A DNA stretch of 64,000 bases from Eledone cirrhosa (GCA_964016885.1 OZ024766.1:7936001-8000000), one strand, 5' to 3'. Numbered from the stretch's first letter, positions 24,714 to 38,053 are shown. The notes: generated by a model from the letters alone, not told the origin. Numbers and translations are program-made.

Positions 24714-24749
24714 TCTTCTGATGAAGGACTAGCGTCCGAAACGTTAAGA
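24714..24749 (+). ncRNA. Minimal type I hammerhead ribozyme motif, copy 2
   Basis: Identical motif 230 nt downstream, within a tandem ~160-bp duplication (~24447-24607 and ~24680-24837). Confidence 0.75.
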
Positions 24750-24900
24750 CCCTCTTCCAGCTATTTCAAGCGTTAACCTAATATATCCCTTCCATATACT
24801 GTACTGATTGTGTTGTTATTTCTGTTTACCTTTTACATATATACACATATATAAAATAACAGGAGGCTGGACTGGTGTAATTCCATAAAGATTTATTATA

Positions 24901-24955
24901 CTATGAACATTTCAATGACCGGGTTCAGTGTGAATCTGGTGACATCATCAGGTAT
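24901..24955 (-). ncRNA. Degenerate hammerhead-like motif
   Basis: Minus strand CTGATGA-TGTCACCAGATTCA(CAC)TGAACCCGGTCATT-GAAATGTTC; long imperfect stem II; stem I not evident. Confidence 0.45.
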
Positions 24956-25169
24956 TCGAAATTTAACAAAGGAATATAATAGACACAATCCATGGGGCTG
25001 AAAAGGCAGAGAGGCGAGAAGGGGCCAAACATTTAGCAGTTGCCAGTCCGGTCGGCTGGGTGAGTTGTATTACGTCGAGTGCTCTCCCTAATATTACATC
25101 AAGGTTGACTATACGGAATGACCAGTTCTATCCAGTGGTGAACCAACAAACCTAAATATATATATATAT

Positions 25170-25506
25170 GGAGGCACATGGCTTAGTAGTTAGAGCATTG
25201 GGTTTGCAATCAAAAGGTTGTGAGTTCAATTCTCAGACCAGGTGATGTGTTGTTTCCTTGGGCAAGACACTTTATTTCACATTGCTCCAGTTTACTCAGC
25301 TGTAGAAATGAGATGATAGGGACTGTGGTCCCTATCATTCCACTGTAAAGTGGTCGTGGAGGTGCCATGGCAAAAAAGCACCCAGCACTCAATGTAAATG
25401 AGGTTGGTGTTAGGAAGGGCATCCAGCTGTAGAAATCAAGCCAGAATCAGTTCCCGTCCCACCCTTGCAAGCAGGGAAAAGCGAACGTAAATGATGATGA
25501 TGATGA
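25170..25506 (+). mobile_element. Full-length tRNA-derived SINE (family B) with CORE/Meta-like box and RTE-derived tail
   Basis: A-box TGGCTTAGTAGTTAGAGC (25179), B-box GAGTTCAATTCTC (25222), CCTTGGGCAAGACACTT (25256), 11-bp hairpin at 25313-25338, tail CCTTGCAAGCAGGGAAAAG...(GAT)n. Confidence 0.92.
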
Positions 25507-25524
25507 TATATATATATATATAGT

Positions 25525-25728
25525 CGTGTAGGAAACACGGTAAAAAGGCTCCCAGTCCATACTGTAAACATGGTTAATGTTAGGAAGGGCATCCAGCCAT
25601 ATAAAACCTGCCAGATAGTCCTATACGAGCGAGACACGGTCACCTGATCAATCTTGCCTCAGGTGGGACAATTCCCATCTAACCCATGCTAGCGTGGAAG
25701 ATAGGTGTTAAACGATGATGATGATGAT
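25525..25728 (+). mobile_element. 3' half of an RTE-tailed SINE
   Basis: TAGGAAGGGCATCCAGC core and AACCCATGCTAGCGTGGAA..(GAT)n tail. Confidence 0.8.
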
Positions 25729-25765
25729 ATATACATATATATATGTATATATATATATGTGTATG

Positions 25766-26257
25766 TCATCATCATCATCATCAACGTTTAACGTCCGTGT
25801 TCCACGCTTGCATGGGTTTGGACGGGGGTTTTCCCACTTGAGGCAAGAGTGGTTGTCTTGCTCGCATAGGACTGTCTGGCAGGTTTTCTATAGCTGGATG
25901 CCCTTCTTAACACCAACCACGTTTACAGTGTGGGTCTGGGAGGTTTTTACCGTGTTACCTACACGGCCACATTACAGCGTGGACTGTCTGGCGTGTTTTC
26001 TACAGCTGGATGCCCTTCCTAACACCAACCACATTTACAGTGTGGGGCTGGCAGGTTTTTACCGTGTTGCCTACACGGCCACATTACAGCGTGGACTGTG
26101 TGTTTTTTTGTCATGACACCTACACGATCTCATTTGTTTCGGCCTGGATGGTGTGGCACCAACATAACTTTACATAGAAGGGGGCGGTGTGGATGGGGTG
26201 GAGGTGGTGGGACGGGGGTGTATTTTGTTAGAGATGCCTACTGACTGTAGTAGGTTT
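25766..26257 (-). mobile_element. Family A SINE-like element with two 112-bp units
   Basis: GGACTGT at 25869, 25981 and 26093; flanks as in 217-600. Confidence 0.88.
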
Positions 26258-26429
26258 TAATGTATATATATTGGTTTCTTATATAGGCACAAGGCCAGCA
26301 ATTTTGGGGGGAGGGGAAGTGAATTAATTCGACCCCATTTCATGACTGGTACTTTATTGCATCTCTCTAAGGTGTGTGTGGTTTGCTGTTCTTGTGTCAA
26401 ATAGACCTCAAAGCGGCGCAATATAAAGG

Positions 26430-26561
26430 AGGTGTGGTAAGGAACCAGATGGACCATAATGCACCAGAGTACTCAATACTTAGGGTAGTAGAGTGGGTAA
26501 TAGGAAAATGTTTGACCCCGACGAAACAGCTTGAGCTCTGCCGTCGGGGGTCAAACATTTT

Positions 26562-26565
<4 letters not shown>
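26430..26565 (-). mobile_element. Penelope-like short element ending in a fold-back hairpin (26501-26565)
   Basis: Body matches 56120-56195; arms TAGGAAAATGTTTGACCCCGACG and CGTCGGGGGTCAAACATTTTCCTA. Confidence 0.7.
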
Positions 26566-26630
<65 letters not shown>

Positions 26631-27253
26631 CCTTTCAAGCAGGGAAAAGCAGACATAAAATGATGATGATGATGATGATATATATGTTTGTGTGTGTGTG
26701 TATATATGTGTGTGCTTTGCTGTTCTTGTGTCAAATAGACCTCAAAGAGGTGCAATATATGTATATATATGCGTGTGTGTATGTGTGTATATATATGTGC
26801 GTGTATGTGTGTATATATATGTGTGTATATATGTGTGCTTTGCTGTCCCTGTGTCAAATAGACCTCCAATGTGTATATATATATGTGTGTGTATGTGTGT
26901 ATATATATGTGTGTATGTGTGTATATATGTGTGTGTGTGTGTGTGTATATATGTGTGTGTGTGTGTATGTGTGTAGTTTCACTGTCCTTGTGTCAGGCAG
27001 ACATGACCATCAGGTATCTGTATTATGATTCATAGACAGATGACTGGTGATGATGGTACTATGGTGGTGGTGATGGTGGTGGTGGTGGTATTGATGGTAG
27101 TGATGGTAGTGGTGATGGTGGTGGTGGTGGTATTGATGGTAGTGATGGTAGTGGTGATGGTGGTGGTGGTGGTATTGATGGCAGTGATGGTAGTGGTGGT
27201 GGTGGTGGTGGTACTAGTGGTGATGGTATTAATGATAGTGGTGATGCTGATGG

Positions 27254-28632
27254 CAATGACATTGCTACAGTATAGGTGGCAGTATAGGTGACATTGCTAC
27301 AGTATAGGTGGCAGTATAGGTGACATTGCTACAGTATAGGTGGCAGTATAGGTGACATTGCTACAGTACAGGTGGTGGTGACATTGCTACAGTATAGGTG
27401 GCAGTATAGGTGACATTGCTACAGTATAGGTGGCAGTATAGGTGACATTGCTACAGTACAGGTGGTGGTGACATTGCTACAGTACAGGTGGCAGTATAGG
27501 TGACATTGCTACAGTACAGGTGGTGGTGACATTGCTACAGTACAGGTGGTGGTGACATTGCTACAGTATAGGTGGTGGTGACATTGCTACAGTATAGGTG
27601 GCAGTATAGGTGACATTGCTACAGTACAGGTGGTGGTGACATTGCTACAGTATAGGTGGCAGTATAGGTGACATTGCTACAGTATAGGTGGTGGTGACAT
27701 TGCTACAGTACAGGTGGTGGTGACATTGCTACAGTACAGGTGGCAGTATAGGTGACATTGCTACAGTACAGGTGGTGGTGACATTGCTACAGTATAGGTG
27801 GTGGTGACATTGCTACAGTATAGGTGGCAGTATAGGTGACATTGCTACAGTATAGGTGGTGGTGACATTGCTACAGTATAGGTGGTGGTGACATTGCTAC
27901 AGTATAGGTGGCAGTATAGGTGACATTGCTACAGTACAGGTGGTGGTGACATTGCTACAGTATAGGTGGCAGTATAGGTGACATTGCTACAGTATAGGTG
28001 GTGGTGACATTGCTACAGTATAGGTGGCAGTATAGGTGACATTGCTACAGTATAGGTGGCAGTATAGGTGACATTGCTACAGTATAGGTGGTGGTGACAT
28101 TGCTACAGTATAGGTGGCAGTATAGGTGACATTGCTACAGTATAGGTGGCAGTATAGGTGACATTGCTACAGTATAGGTGGCAGTATAGGTGACATTGCT
28201 ACAGTATAGGTGGTGGTGACATTGCTACAGTATAGGTGGCAGTATAGGTGACATTGCTACAGTACAGGTGGTGGTGACATTGCTACAGTATAGGTGGCAG
28301 TATAGGTGACATTGCTACAGTATAGGTGGCAGTATAGGTGACATTGCTACAGTATAGGTGACATTGCTACAGTACAGGTGGTGGTGACATTGCTACAGTA
28401 TAGGTGGCAGTATAGGTGACATTGCTACAGTATAGGTGGCAGTATAGGTGACATTGCTACAGTATAGGTGGTGGTGACATTGCTACAGTATAGGTGGCAG
28501 TATAGGTGACATTGCTACAGTATAGGTGGCAGTATAGGTGACATTGCTACAGTATAGGTGACATTGCTACAGTACAGGTGGTGGTGACATTGCTACAGTA
28601 TAGGTGGTGGTGACATTGCTACAGTATAGGTG
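27254..28632. repeat. Minisatellite with interspersed 32-, 26- and 20-bp variants
   Basis: GGTGACATTGCTACAGTA(T/C)A followed by GGTGGCAGTATA, GGTGGT or nothing. Confidence 0.95.
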
Positions 28633-28690
28633 GTGGTTGTGTGGTGTCACACAGAAACATACTTGGTTGAGGAGGAGGGCATTGTTGTCT

Positions 28691-31090
28691 CACTCTCTCT
28701 CATTCTTTCTCGTTCTTTCTCTCATTCTTTCTCTCATTCTTTCTCGTTCTTTCTCTCATTCTTTCTCTCATTCTTTCTCTCGTTCTTTCTCTCATTCTTT
28801 CTCTCGTTCTTTCTCTCGTTCTTTCTCTCATTCTTTCTCTCGTTCTTTCTCTCATTCTTTCTCTCATTCTTTCTCTCATTCTTTCTCTCATTCTTTCTCT
28901 CATTCTTTCTCTCATTCTTTCTCTCATTCTTTCTCTCATTCTTTCTCTCATTCTTTCTCTCATTCTTTCTCTCATTCTTTCTCTCATTCTTTCTCTCATT
29001 CTTTCTCTCATTCTTTCTCTCATTCTTTCTCTCATTCTTTCTCTCATTCTTTCTCTCATTCTTTCTCTCATTCTTTCTCTCATTCTTTCTCTCATTCTTT
29101 CTCTCATTCTTTCTCTCGTTCTTTCTCTCATTCTTTCTCTCGTTCTTTCTCTCATTCTTTCTCTCATTCTTTCTCTCATTCTTTCTCTCATTCTTTCTCT
29201 CATTCTTTCTCTCATTCTTTCTCTCATTCTTTCTCTCATTCTTTCTCTCATTCTTTCTCTCATTCTTTCTCTCATTCTTTCTCTCATTCTTTCTCTCGTT
29301 CTTTCTCTCGTTCTTTCTCTCGTTCTTTCTCTCATTCTTTCTCTCATTCTTTCTCTCATTCTTTCTCTCATTCTTTCTCTCATTCTTTCTCTCGTTCTTT
29401 CTCTCATTCTTTCTCTCATTCTTTCTCTCATTCTTTCTCTCATTCTTTCTCTCATTCTTTCTCTCATTCTTTCTCTCATTCTTTCTCTCATTCTTTCTCT
29501 CATTCTTTCTCTCATTCTTTCTCTCATTCTTTCTCTCATTCTTTCTCTCATTCTTTCTCTCATTCTTTCTCTCGTTCTTTCTCTCATTCTTTCTCTCGTT
29601 CTTTCTCTCATTCTTTCTCTCATTCTTTCTCTCATTCTTTCTCTCATTCTTTCTCTCATTCTTTCTCTCATTCTTTCTCTCATTCTTTCTCTCATTCTTT
29701 CTCTCATTCTTTCTCTCATTCTTTCTCTCATTCTTTCTCTCATTCTTTCTCTCATTCTTTCTCTCATTCTTTCTCTCATTCTTTCTCTCATTCTTTCTCT
29801 CATTCTTTCTCTCATTCTTTCTCTCATTCTTTCTCTCATTCTTTCTCTCATTCTTTCTCTCATTCTTTCTCTCATTCTTTCTCTCATTCTTTCTCTCATT
29901 CTTTCTCTCATTCTTTCTCTCATTCTTTCTCTCATTCTTTCTCTCATTCTTTCTCTCATTCTTTCTCTCATTCTTTCTCTCATTCTTTCTCTCATTCTTT
30001 CTCTCATTCTTTCTCTCATTCTTTCTCTCATTCTCTCTCTCATTCTTTCTCTCATTCTTTCTCTCATTCTTTCTCTCATTCTTTCTCTCATTCTCTCTCT
30101 CATTCTTTCTCTCATTCTTTCTCTCATTCTTTCTCTCATTCTTTCTCTCATTCTTTCTCTCATTCTTTCTCTCATTCTTTCTCTCATTCTTTCTCTCATT
30201 CTCTCTCTCATTCTTTCTCTCATTCTTTCTCTCATTCTTTCTCTCATTCTTTCTCTCATTCTTTCTCTCATTCTTTCTCTCATTCTTTCTCTCATTCTTT
30301 CTCGTTCTTTCTCTCATTCTTTCTCTCATTCTTTCTCTCATTCTCTCTCTCATTCTTTCTCTCATTCTTTCTCTCATTCTTTCTCTCATTCTTTCTCTCA
30401 TTCTTTCTCTCATTCTTTCTCTCATTCTTTCTCTCATTCTTTCTCTCATTCTTTCTCTCATTCTTTCTCTCATTCTTTCTCGTTCTTTCTCTCATTCTTT
30501 CTCTCATTCTTTCTCTCATTCTTTCTCTCATTCTTTCTCTCATTCTTTCTCTCATTCTTTCTCTCATTCTTTCTCTCATTCTTTCTCTCATTCTTTCTCT
30601 CATTCTTTCTCTCATTCTTTCTCTCATTCTTTCTCTCATTCTTTCTCTCATTCTTTCTCTCATTCTTTCTCTCATTCTTTCTCTCATTCTTTCTCTCATT
30701 CTTTCTCTCATTCTTTCTCTCATTCTTTCTCTCATTCTTTCTCTCATTCTTTCTCTCATTCTTTCTCTCATTCTTTCTCTCATTCTTTCTCTCATTCTTT
30801 CTCTCATTCTTTCTCTCATTCTTTCTCTCATTCTTTCTCTCATTCTTTCTCTCATTCTTTCTCTCATTCTTTCTCTCATTCTTTCTCTCATTCTTTCTCT
30901 CATTCTTTCTCTCATTCTTTCTCTCATTCTTTCTCTCATTCTTTCTCTCATTCTTTCTCTCATTCTTTCTCTCATTCTTTCTCTCATTCTTTCTCTCATT
31001 CTTTCTCTCATTCTTTCTCTCATTCTTTCTCTCATTCTTTCTCTCATTCTTTCTCTCATTCTTTCTCTCATTCTTTCTCTCTCTCTCTCT
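28691..31090. repeat. 12-bp satellite (CTCTCATTCTTT)n, ~200 copies
   Basis: Directly visible; rare A>G variants and three 10-bp units. Confidence 0.98.
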
Positions 31091-31119
31091 CACCTTGGTA
31101 GTACACACACACCTTTGTA

Positions 31120-31618
31120 GTCTGTCACACACACACACACACACACACACACTTGTGGTGGGTGGATGCTGTCGTACACACATGCCTAGACACACACATT
31201 GTGGTGGGTGTTGTCACACACACACAACCACACACACATTTGTAGTATGTCACACACACACACATTGTGGTGAGTGTTGTCACACACACACAGCCACACA
31301 CACATTTGTAGTATGTCACACACACACACACATTGTGGTGAGTGTTGTCACACACACACAACCACACACACATTTGTAGTATGTCACACACACACACATT
31401 GTGGTGAGTGTTGTCACACACACACAACCACACACACATTTGTAGTATGTCACACACACACACACATTGTGGTGAGTGTTGTCACACACACACAACCACA
31501 CACACATTTGTAGTATGTCACACACACACACACATTGTGGTGAGTGTTGTCACACACACACAACCACACACACATTTGTAGTATGTCACACACACACACA
31601 CATTGTGGTGAGTGTTGT

Positions 31619-31650
<32 letters not shown>

Positions 31651-31688
31651 TGGGTGTTGTCACACACGCACACTTGTGGTGGGTGTTG

Positions 31689-31745
<57 letters not shown>

Positions 31746-32022
31746 TGGTGGGTGTTGTCACACATACACACATAACACACACACACACATTGTGGTGAGT
31801 GTTGTCACACACACACACACACACACACTTGTGGGTGTTGTCACACACGCACACGCACACTTGTGGTGGGTGTTGTCACACACACACACACACACACACA
31901 CACTTGTGGTGGGTGTTGTCACGTACGCCTACACACACACACACATAACACACCCTTTGTTGTAATGGTGGTGGGTGTTGTCACACACACACACACACAC
32001 ACACATACACACACACACACAC
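31120..32022. repeat. (CA)n-containing compound minisatellite
   Basis: TTGTGGTGAGTGTTGTCA and TTTGTAGTATGTCA alternating with (CA)n. Confidence 0.9.
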
Positions 32023-32449
32023 AGATTTAATGTCACAGTGATACTTGGGGTGTGGCACTGGTGGTGGTGGTGATGATGATGTTGGTGGTGGGGGTGGTGA
32101 TGTTGATGGTGATGGTGGTGATGGTGTTGGTGATGATGATGATGATGGTAGTGATAGTGGTGGTGGTGGTGGTGATGATGATGATGTTGGCGGTGGTGGT
32201 GGTGATGATGATGTTGGCGGTGGGGGTGGTGATGATGAGGATGTTGAAGGTGATGATGATGGTAGTGATAGTGGTGGTGATGATGGTGATAATGTTTGTT
32301 GGGGACACATTATGGATGATGTTGTTTATTATAATGATGATGATGGTGATGATTATCCAGTGCACATCGGAGACCCTCGGCCCGCCCCTGCCCCCACCTC
32401 TTTCCGACAACTTAAGTAGTACCACATCGCAGGGTCTTCTGTGATCAAG

Positions 32450-33860
32450 ACCCATGTTTCACTGCCATGTAGCATTGCAGTTCACACACAGGCATCATAC
32501 AGTCTACCCTTCACTCACAGTGAGAAGCCCTTAGTTGTCAGCAGAGGGGTATCGGCCCTTAGTTGTCAGCAGAGGGGTATCGGCCCTTAGTTGTCAGCAG
32601 AGGGGTATCGGCCCTTAGTTGTCAGCAGAGAGGTATCAGCCCTTAGTTGTCAGCAGAGGAGTATCAGCCCTTAGTTGTCAGCAGAGGGGTATCAGCCCTT
32701 AGTTGTCAGCAGAGGAGTGTCAGCCCTTAGTTGTCAGCAGAGGGGTATCAACCCTTAGGTGTCAGCAGAGAGGTATCAGCCCTTAGTTGTCAGCAGAGGG
32801 GTATCAGCCCTTAGTTGTCAGCAGAAGGGTATCGGCCCTTAGTTGTCAGCAGAGGGGTATCGGCCCTTAGTTGTCAGCAGAGGAGTATCGGCCCTTAGTT
32901 GTCAGCAGAAGGGTATCGGCCCTTAGTTGTCAGCAGAGGGGTATCAGCCCTTAGTTGTCAGCAGAGAGGTATCAGCCCTTAGTTGTCAGCAGAGGAGTAT
33001 CGGCCCTTAGTTGTCAGCAGAGGGGTATCAGCCCTTAGTTGTCAGCAGAGGGGTATCAGCCCTTAGTTGTCAGCAGAGGAGTATCGGCCCTTAGTTGTCA
33101 GCAGAGGAGTATCGGCCCTTAGTTGTCAGCAGAGGGGTATCAGCCCTTAGTTGTCAGCAGAGGAGTATCGGCCCTTAGTTGTCAGCAGAGGAGTATCGGC
33201 CCTTAGTTGTCAGCAGAGGAGTATCGGCCCTTAGTTGTCAGCGGAGGGGTATCAGCCCTTAGTTGTCAGCAGAGGAGTATCGGCCCTTAGTTGTCAGCAG
33301 AGGAGTATCGGCCCTTAGTTGTCAGCAGAGGGGTATCAGCCCTTAGTTGTCAGCAGAAGGGTATCGGCCCTTAGTTGTCAGCAGAGGAGTGTCAGCCCTT
33401 AGTTGTCAGCAGAGGGGTATCAGCCCATAGTTGTCAGCAGAGGGGTATCAGCCCTTAGTTGTCAGCAGAAGGGTATCGGCCCTTAGTTGTCAGCAGAGGA
33501 GTGTCAGCCCTTAGTTGTCAGCAGAGGGGTATCAGCCCTTAGTTGTCAGCAGAAGGGTATCGGCCCTTAGTTGTCAGCAGAGGAGTATCGGCCCTTAGTT
33601 GTCAGCAGAGGAGTATCAGCCCTTAGTTGTCAGCAGAAGGGTATCAGCCCTTAGTTGTCAGCAGAGGGGTATCAGCCCTTAGTTGTCAGCAGAAGGGTAT
33701 CAGCCCTTAGTTGTCTGCAGAGGGGTATCAGCCCTCTAAAATTCTTCCAGCCTGTTCTTATCGTGGCTATTGCACTTTCAGTACCCCCCTCCCCACACAC
33801 ACAGCTAATTTGTTCGCCTAGGTAACAAAAGCTATCAACTACTTCTAAGGGATCTACTTC
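32450..33860 (-). mobile_element. Decayed RTE LINE fragment interrupted by a 28-bp minisatellite
   Basis: Minus strand reads LEVVDSFCYLGEQIS...IRTGWKNFRGLIPL-[array]-LTTKGFSL*VKGRLYDACV*TAMLHGSETW (manual translation). Confidence 0.88.
32527..33735. repeat. 28-bp minisatellite, ~43 copies
   Basis: GCCCTTAGTTGTCAGCAGAGG(G/A)GTATC(A/G) at 32527, 32555... Confidence 0.97.
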
Positions 33861-33999
33861 TCATGAGTTCTTAGTGCTTACTTCACCTGTAGTTAGTTGT
33901 CTCACAAGAAAGCGGGCATCAGTACTGCCCCAACCTGGCATAAATCCACACTGCATCTCATCTAACCAGATTCTGTCCTTAATTAATTGTGCTATAAAC

Positions 34000-34180
34000 C
34001 AGGTATGTCAAACATGTGACCCTTTACAAGCTCACCTGTGGCCCTTTACAAGCTCACCTGTGCCCCTTTACAAGGTCACCTGTGGCCCTTTACAAGGTCA
34101 CCTGTGGCCCTTTACAAGCTCACATGTGGCCCTTTACAAGCTCACCTGTGGCCCTTTACAAGCTCACATGTGCCCCTTTA
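34000..34180 (-). mobile_element. Single end of the hAT MITE family with a ~21-bp array
   Basis: CAGGTATGTCAAACATG...GGCCCTTTACA resembles the reverse complement of 23545-23594. Confidence 0.75.
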
Positions 34181-35735
34181 CAGTGTGGACTGGGTGCTTT
34201 TTGTCGTGACACCTACACGACCACTTTACAGTGTGGGCTGGGTACTTTTTGTCATGACACCTACATGACCACTTTACAGTGTGGACTGGGTGCTTTTTGT
34301 CATGACACCTACATGACCACTTTACAGTGTGGACTGGGTGCTTTTTGTCATGACACCTACATGACCACTTTACAGTGTGGACTGGGTGCTTTTTGTCATG
34401 ACACCTACATGACCACTTTACAGTGTGGACTGGGTGCTTTTTGTCATGACACCTACATGACCACTTTACAGTGTGGACTGGGTGCTTTTTGTCATGACAC
34501 CTACATGACCACTTTACAGTGTGGACTGGGTGCTTTTTGTCATGACACCTACATGACCACTTTACAGTGTGAACTGGGTGCTTTTTGTCATGACACCTAC
34601 ATGACCACTTTACAGTGTGGGCTGGGTGCTTTTTGTCATGACACCTACATGACCACTTTACAGTGTGGACTGGGTGCTTTTTGTCATGACACCTACATGA
34701 CCACTTTACAGTGTGGACTGGGTGCTTTTTGTCATGACACCTACATGACCACTTTACAGTGTGAACTGGGTGCTTTTTGTCATGACACCTACATGACCAC
34801 TTTACAGTGTGGGCTGGGTGCTTTTTGTCATGACACCTACATGACCACTTTACAGAGTGGACTGGGTGCTTTTTGTCGTGACACCTACATGACCACTTTA
34901 TAGTGTGGACTGGGTGCTTTTTGTTGAGACACCTACATGACCACTTTACAGTGTGGACTGGATGCTTTTTGTCATGACACCTACATGACCACTTTACAGT
35001 GTGGACTGGGTGCTTTTTGTCATGACACCTACATGACCACTTTACAGTGTGGACTGGGTGCTTTTTGTCGTGACACCTACACGACCACTTTACAGTGTGG
35101 ACTGGGTGCTTTTTGTCATGACACCTACATGACCACTTTACAGTGTGGACTGGGTGCTTTTTGTCATGACACCTACATGACCACTTTACAGTGTGGACTG
35201 GGTGCTTTTTGTCATGACACCTACATGACCACTTTACAGTGTGGACTGGGTGCTTTTTGTCATGACACCTACATGACCACTGTACAGAGTGGACTGGGTG
35301 TCTTTTTGTCATGACACCTACATGACCACTTTACAGTGTGGACTGGGTACTTCTTGTCATGACACCACCACAACCACTTTACAGTGTGGACTGGGTACTT
35401 TTTGTTGTGACACCTACATGACCACTTTACAGTGTGGACTGGGTACTTTTTGTTGTGACACCTACATGACCACTTTACAGTGTGGACTGGGTGCTTTTTG
35501 TCATGACACCTACATGACCACTTTACAGTGTGGACTGGGTGCTTTTTGTTGTGACACCTACATGACCACTTTACAGTGTGGACTGGATGCATTTTGTCGT
35601 GACACCTACATGACCACTTTACAGTGTGGACTGGGTGCTTTTTATCATGACACCTACATGACCACTTTACAGTGTGGACTGGGTACTTTTTGTTGTGACA
35701 CCTACATGACCACTTTACAGTGTGGACTGGGTGGT
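34177..35735. repeat. 48-bp SINE-derived minisatellite, ~32 copies
   Basis: TTTACAGTGTGGACTGGGTGCTTTTTGTCATGACACCTACATGACCAC (16-aa ORF period); homologous to SINE segment ~35925-35975; three more copies at 43648-43808. Confidence 0.95.
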
Positions 35736-35766
35736 TTTTGTGTCACCAACATATATATATATATAT

Positions 35767-36151
35767 ATCATCATTTAACGTTCGTTCTTCCACGCTAGCA
35801 TGGGTTAGACTGGTTGTCTTTGTCTTGTGGGCAGTGTCCGGTCGGCTGACCTTGTCTTGCTCATACGGGAACTGATTCTGGCTTGATTTCTACATCTGGA
35901 TGCCCTTCCTAACACCAACCTCATTTACAGTGGGTGCTGGGTGCTTTTTTGCCGTGGCACCTCCACGACCACTTTACAGTGGAATGATAGGGACCCCAGT
36001 CCCTATCATCTCATTTCTACAGCTGAGTAAACTGGAGCAATGTGAAATGAAGTGTCTTGCTCAAGGAAACAACACATCACCCGGTCTGAGAATTGAACTC
36101 ACAACCTTTCGATTGCAAGCCCAATGCTCTAACCACTAAGCCATGTGCCTC
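35767..36151 (-). mobile_element. Full-length tRNA-derived SINE (family B head, alternative RTE-like tail)
   Basis: Head and body are the reverse complement of 25170-25450; tail ends AACCCATGCTAGCGTGGAAGAACGAACGTTAAATGATGA. Confidence 0.9.
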
Positions 36152-36264
36152 TCTATATGTATATTTATATATGTATATCATATTCATTAGAAGATATGTG
36201 TATAATATATTAATATTCATTTGACAAAGAAAGATACGTGTGTATGTATAATTTATACAATGCT

Positions 36265-37210
<946 letters not shown>

Positions 37211-37359
37211 CACATCGTATCTCAATTTCAAACCACTGACTTCCCCACGCCCTCCTCACCCCCCGCCCTAATCCCCCCCCCCCTCCCGCCGCCCTGTGCT
37301 GGGGTGGGTCGGTGGGGGCAGTGTTTCTCACAGCTACTCTATCTAGCATCAACAGAGGC

Positions 37360-38000
37360 TGATAGTGGTGGTGGTGGTGGTGTAGTGGTGTAGTGGTGGT
37401 GGTGGTGGTGGTATGGCTGGTTTAGTGATGGGAGTGGGGGGGGGTGGCTACTGGTGTGGTGTAGTGTGGTGTGGTGGCTTGGGGGGTGGTGTGGTGTGGT
37501 GTGGTATGGTGTAGTGCGGTGTGTTGGTGTAGTGAGGTGTGGTGTGGTGTGTTATGGTGTAGTGTGGTGTGGTGGCTTGGGGGTGTAGTGAGGTGTGTTG
37601 GTGTGGTGTGGTATGGTGTGGTGTAGTGTAGTGTGGTGTGGCGCGGTGTGGTGTGGTGTGGTGTAGTGTAGTGTAGTGTAGTGTGGTGTGGTGGCTTGGG
37701 GGGTGTAGTGAGGTGTGTTGGTGTGGTGTGGTGTATGGTGGTGTGGTGTAGTGTGGTGTGGTGGCTTGGGGGGGGGTGTAGTGAGGTGTGGTGGTGTGGT
37801 GTGGTGTGGCGTGGCGTGGCGTGGTGTAGTGCAGTGTGGCGTGGTGTGGTATGGTGTAGTGCGGTGTGGTGTGGTGTGGTATGGTGTAGTGCGGTGTGTT
37901 GGTGTGGTGTGGTGTAGTGTAGTGTAGTGTGGTGGTGTGGCATGGTGTGGTATGGTGTAGTGTGGTGTGATGTGGTGGCTTGGGGGTGTGTTGGTGTTTG
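37360..38000. repeat. (GTGTG/GTGTA)n pentanucleotide repeat
   Basis: Directly visible. Confidence 0.92.
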
Positions 38001-38053
38001 GTTGATAAAACTCCTGTTACTTTTAAACGCGTAAACATTCCATGTAATGTATA

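Noticed and set aside
25170-25245. tRNA gene
   Set aside because: A/B boxes run straight into a SINE body; no acceptor stem or poly-T terminator; multiple dispersed copies.
28604-31120. SHSF / FFLS / MRER repeat proteins
   Set aside because: A 12-bp satellite open in many frames on both strands.
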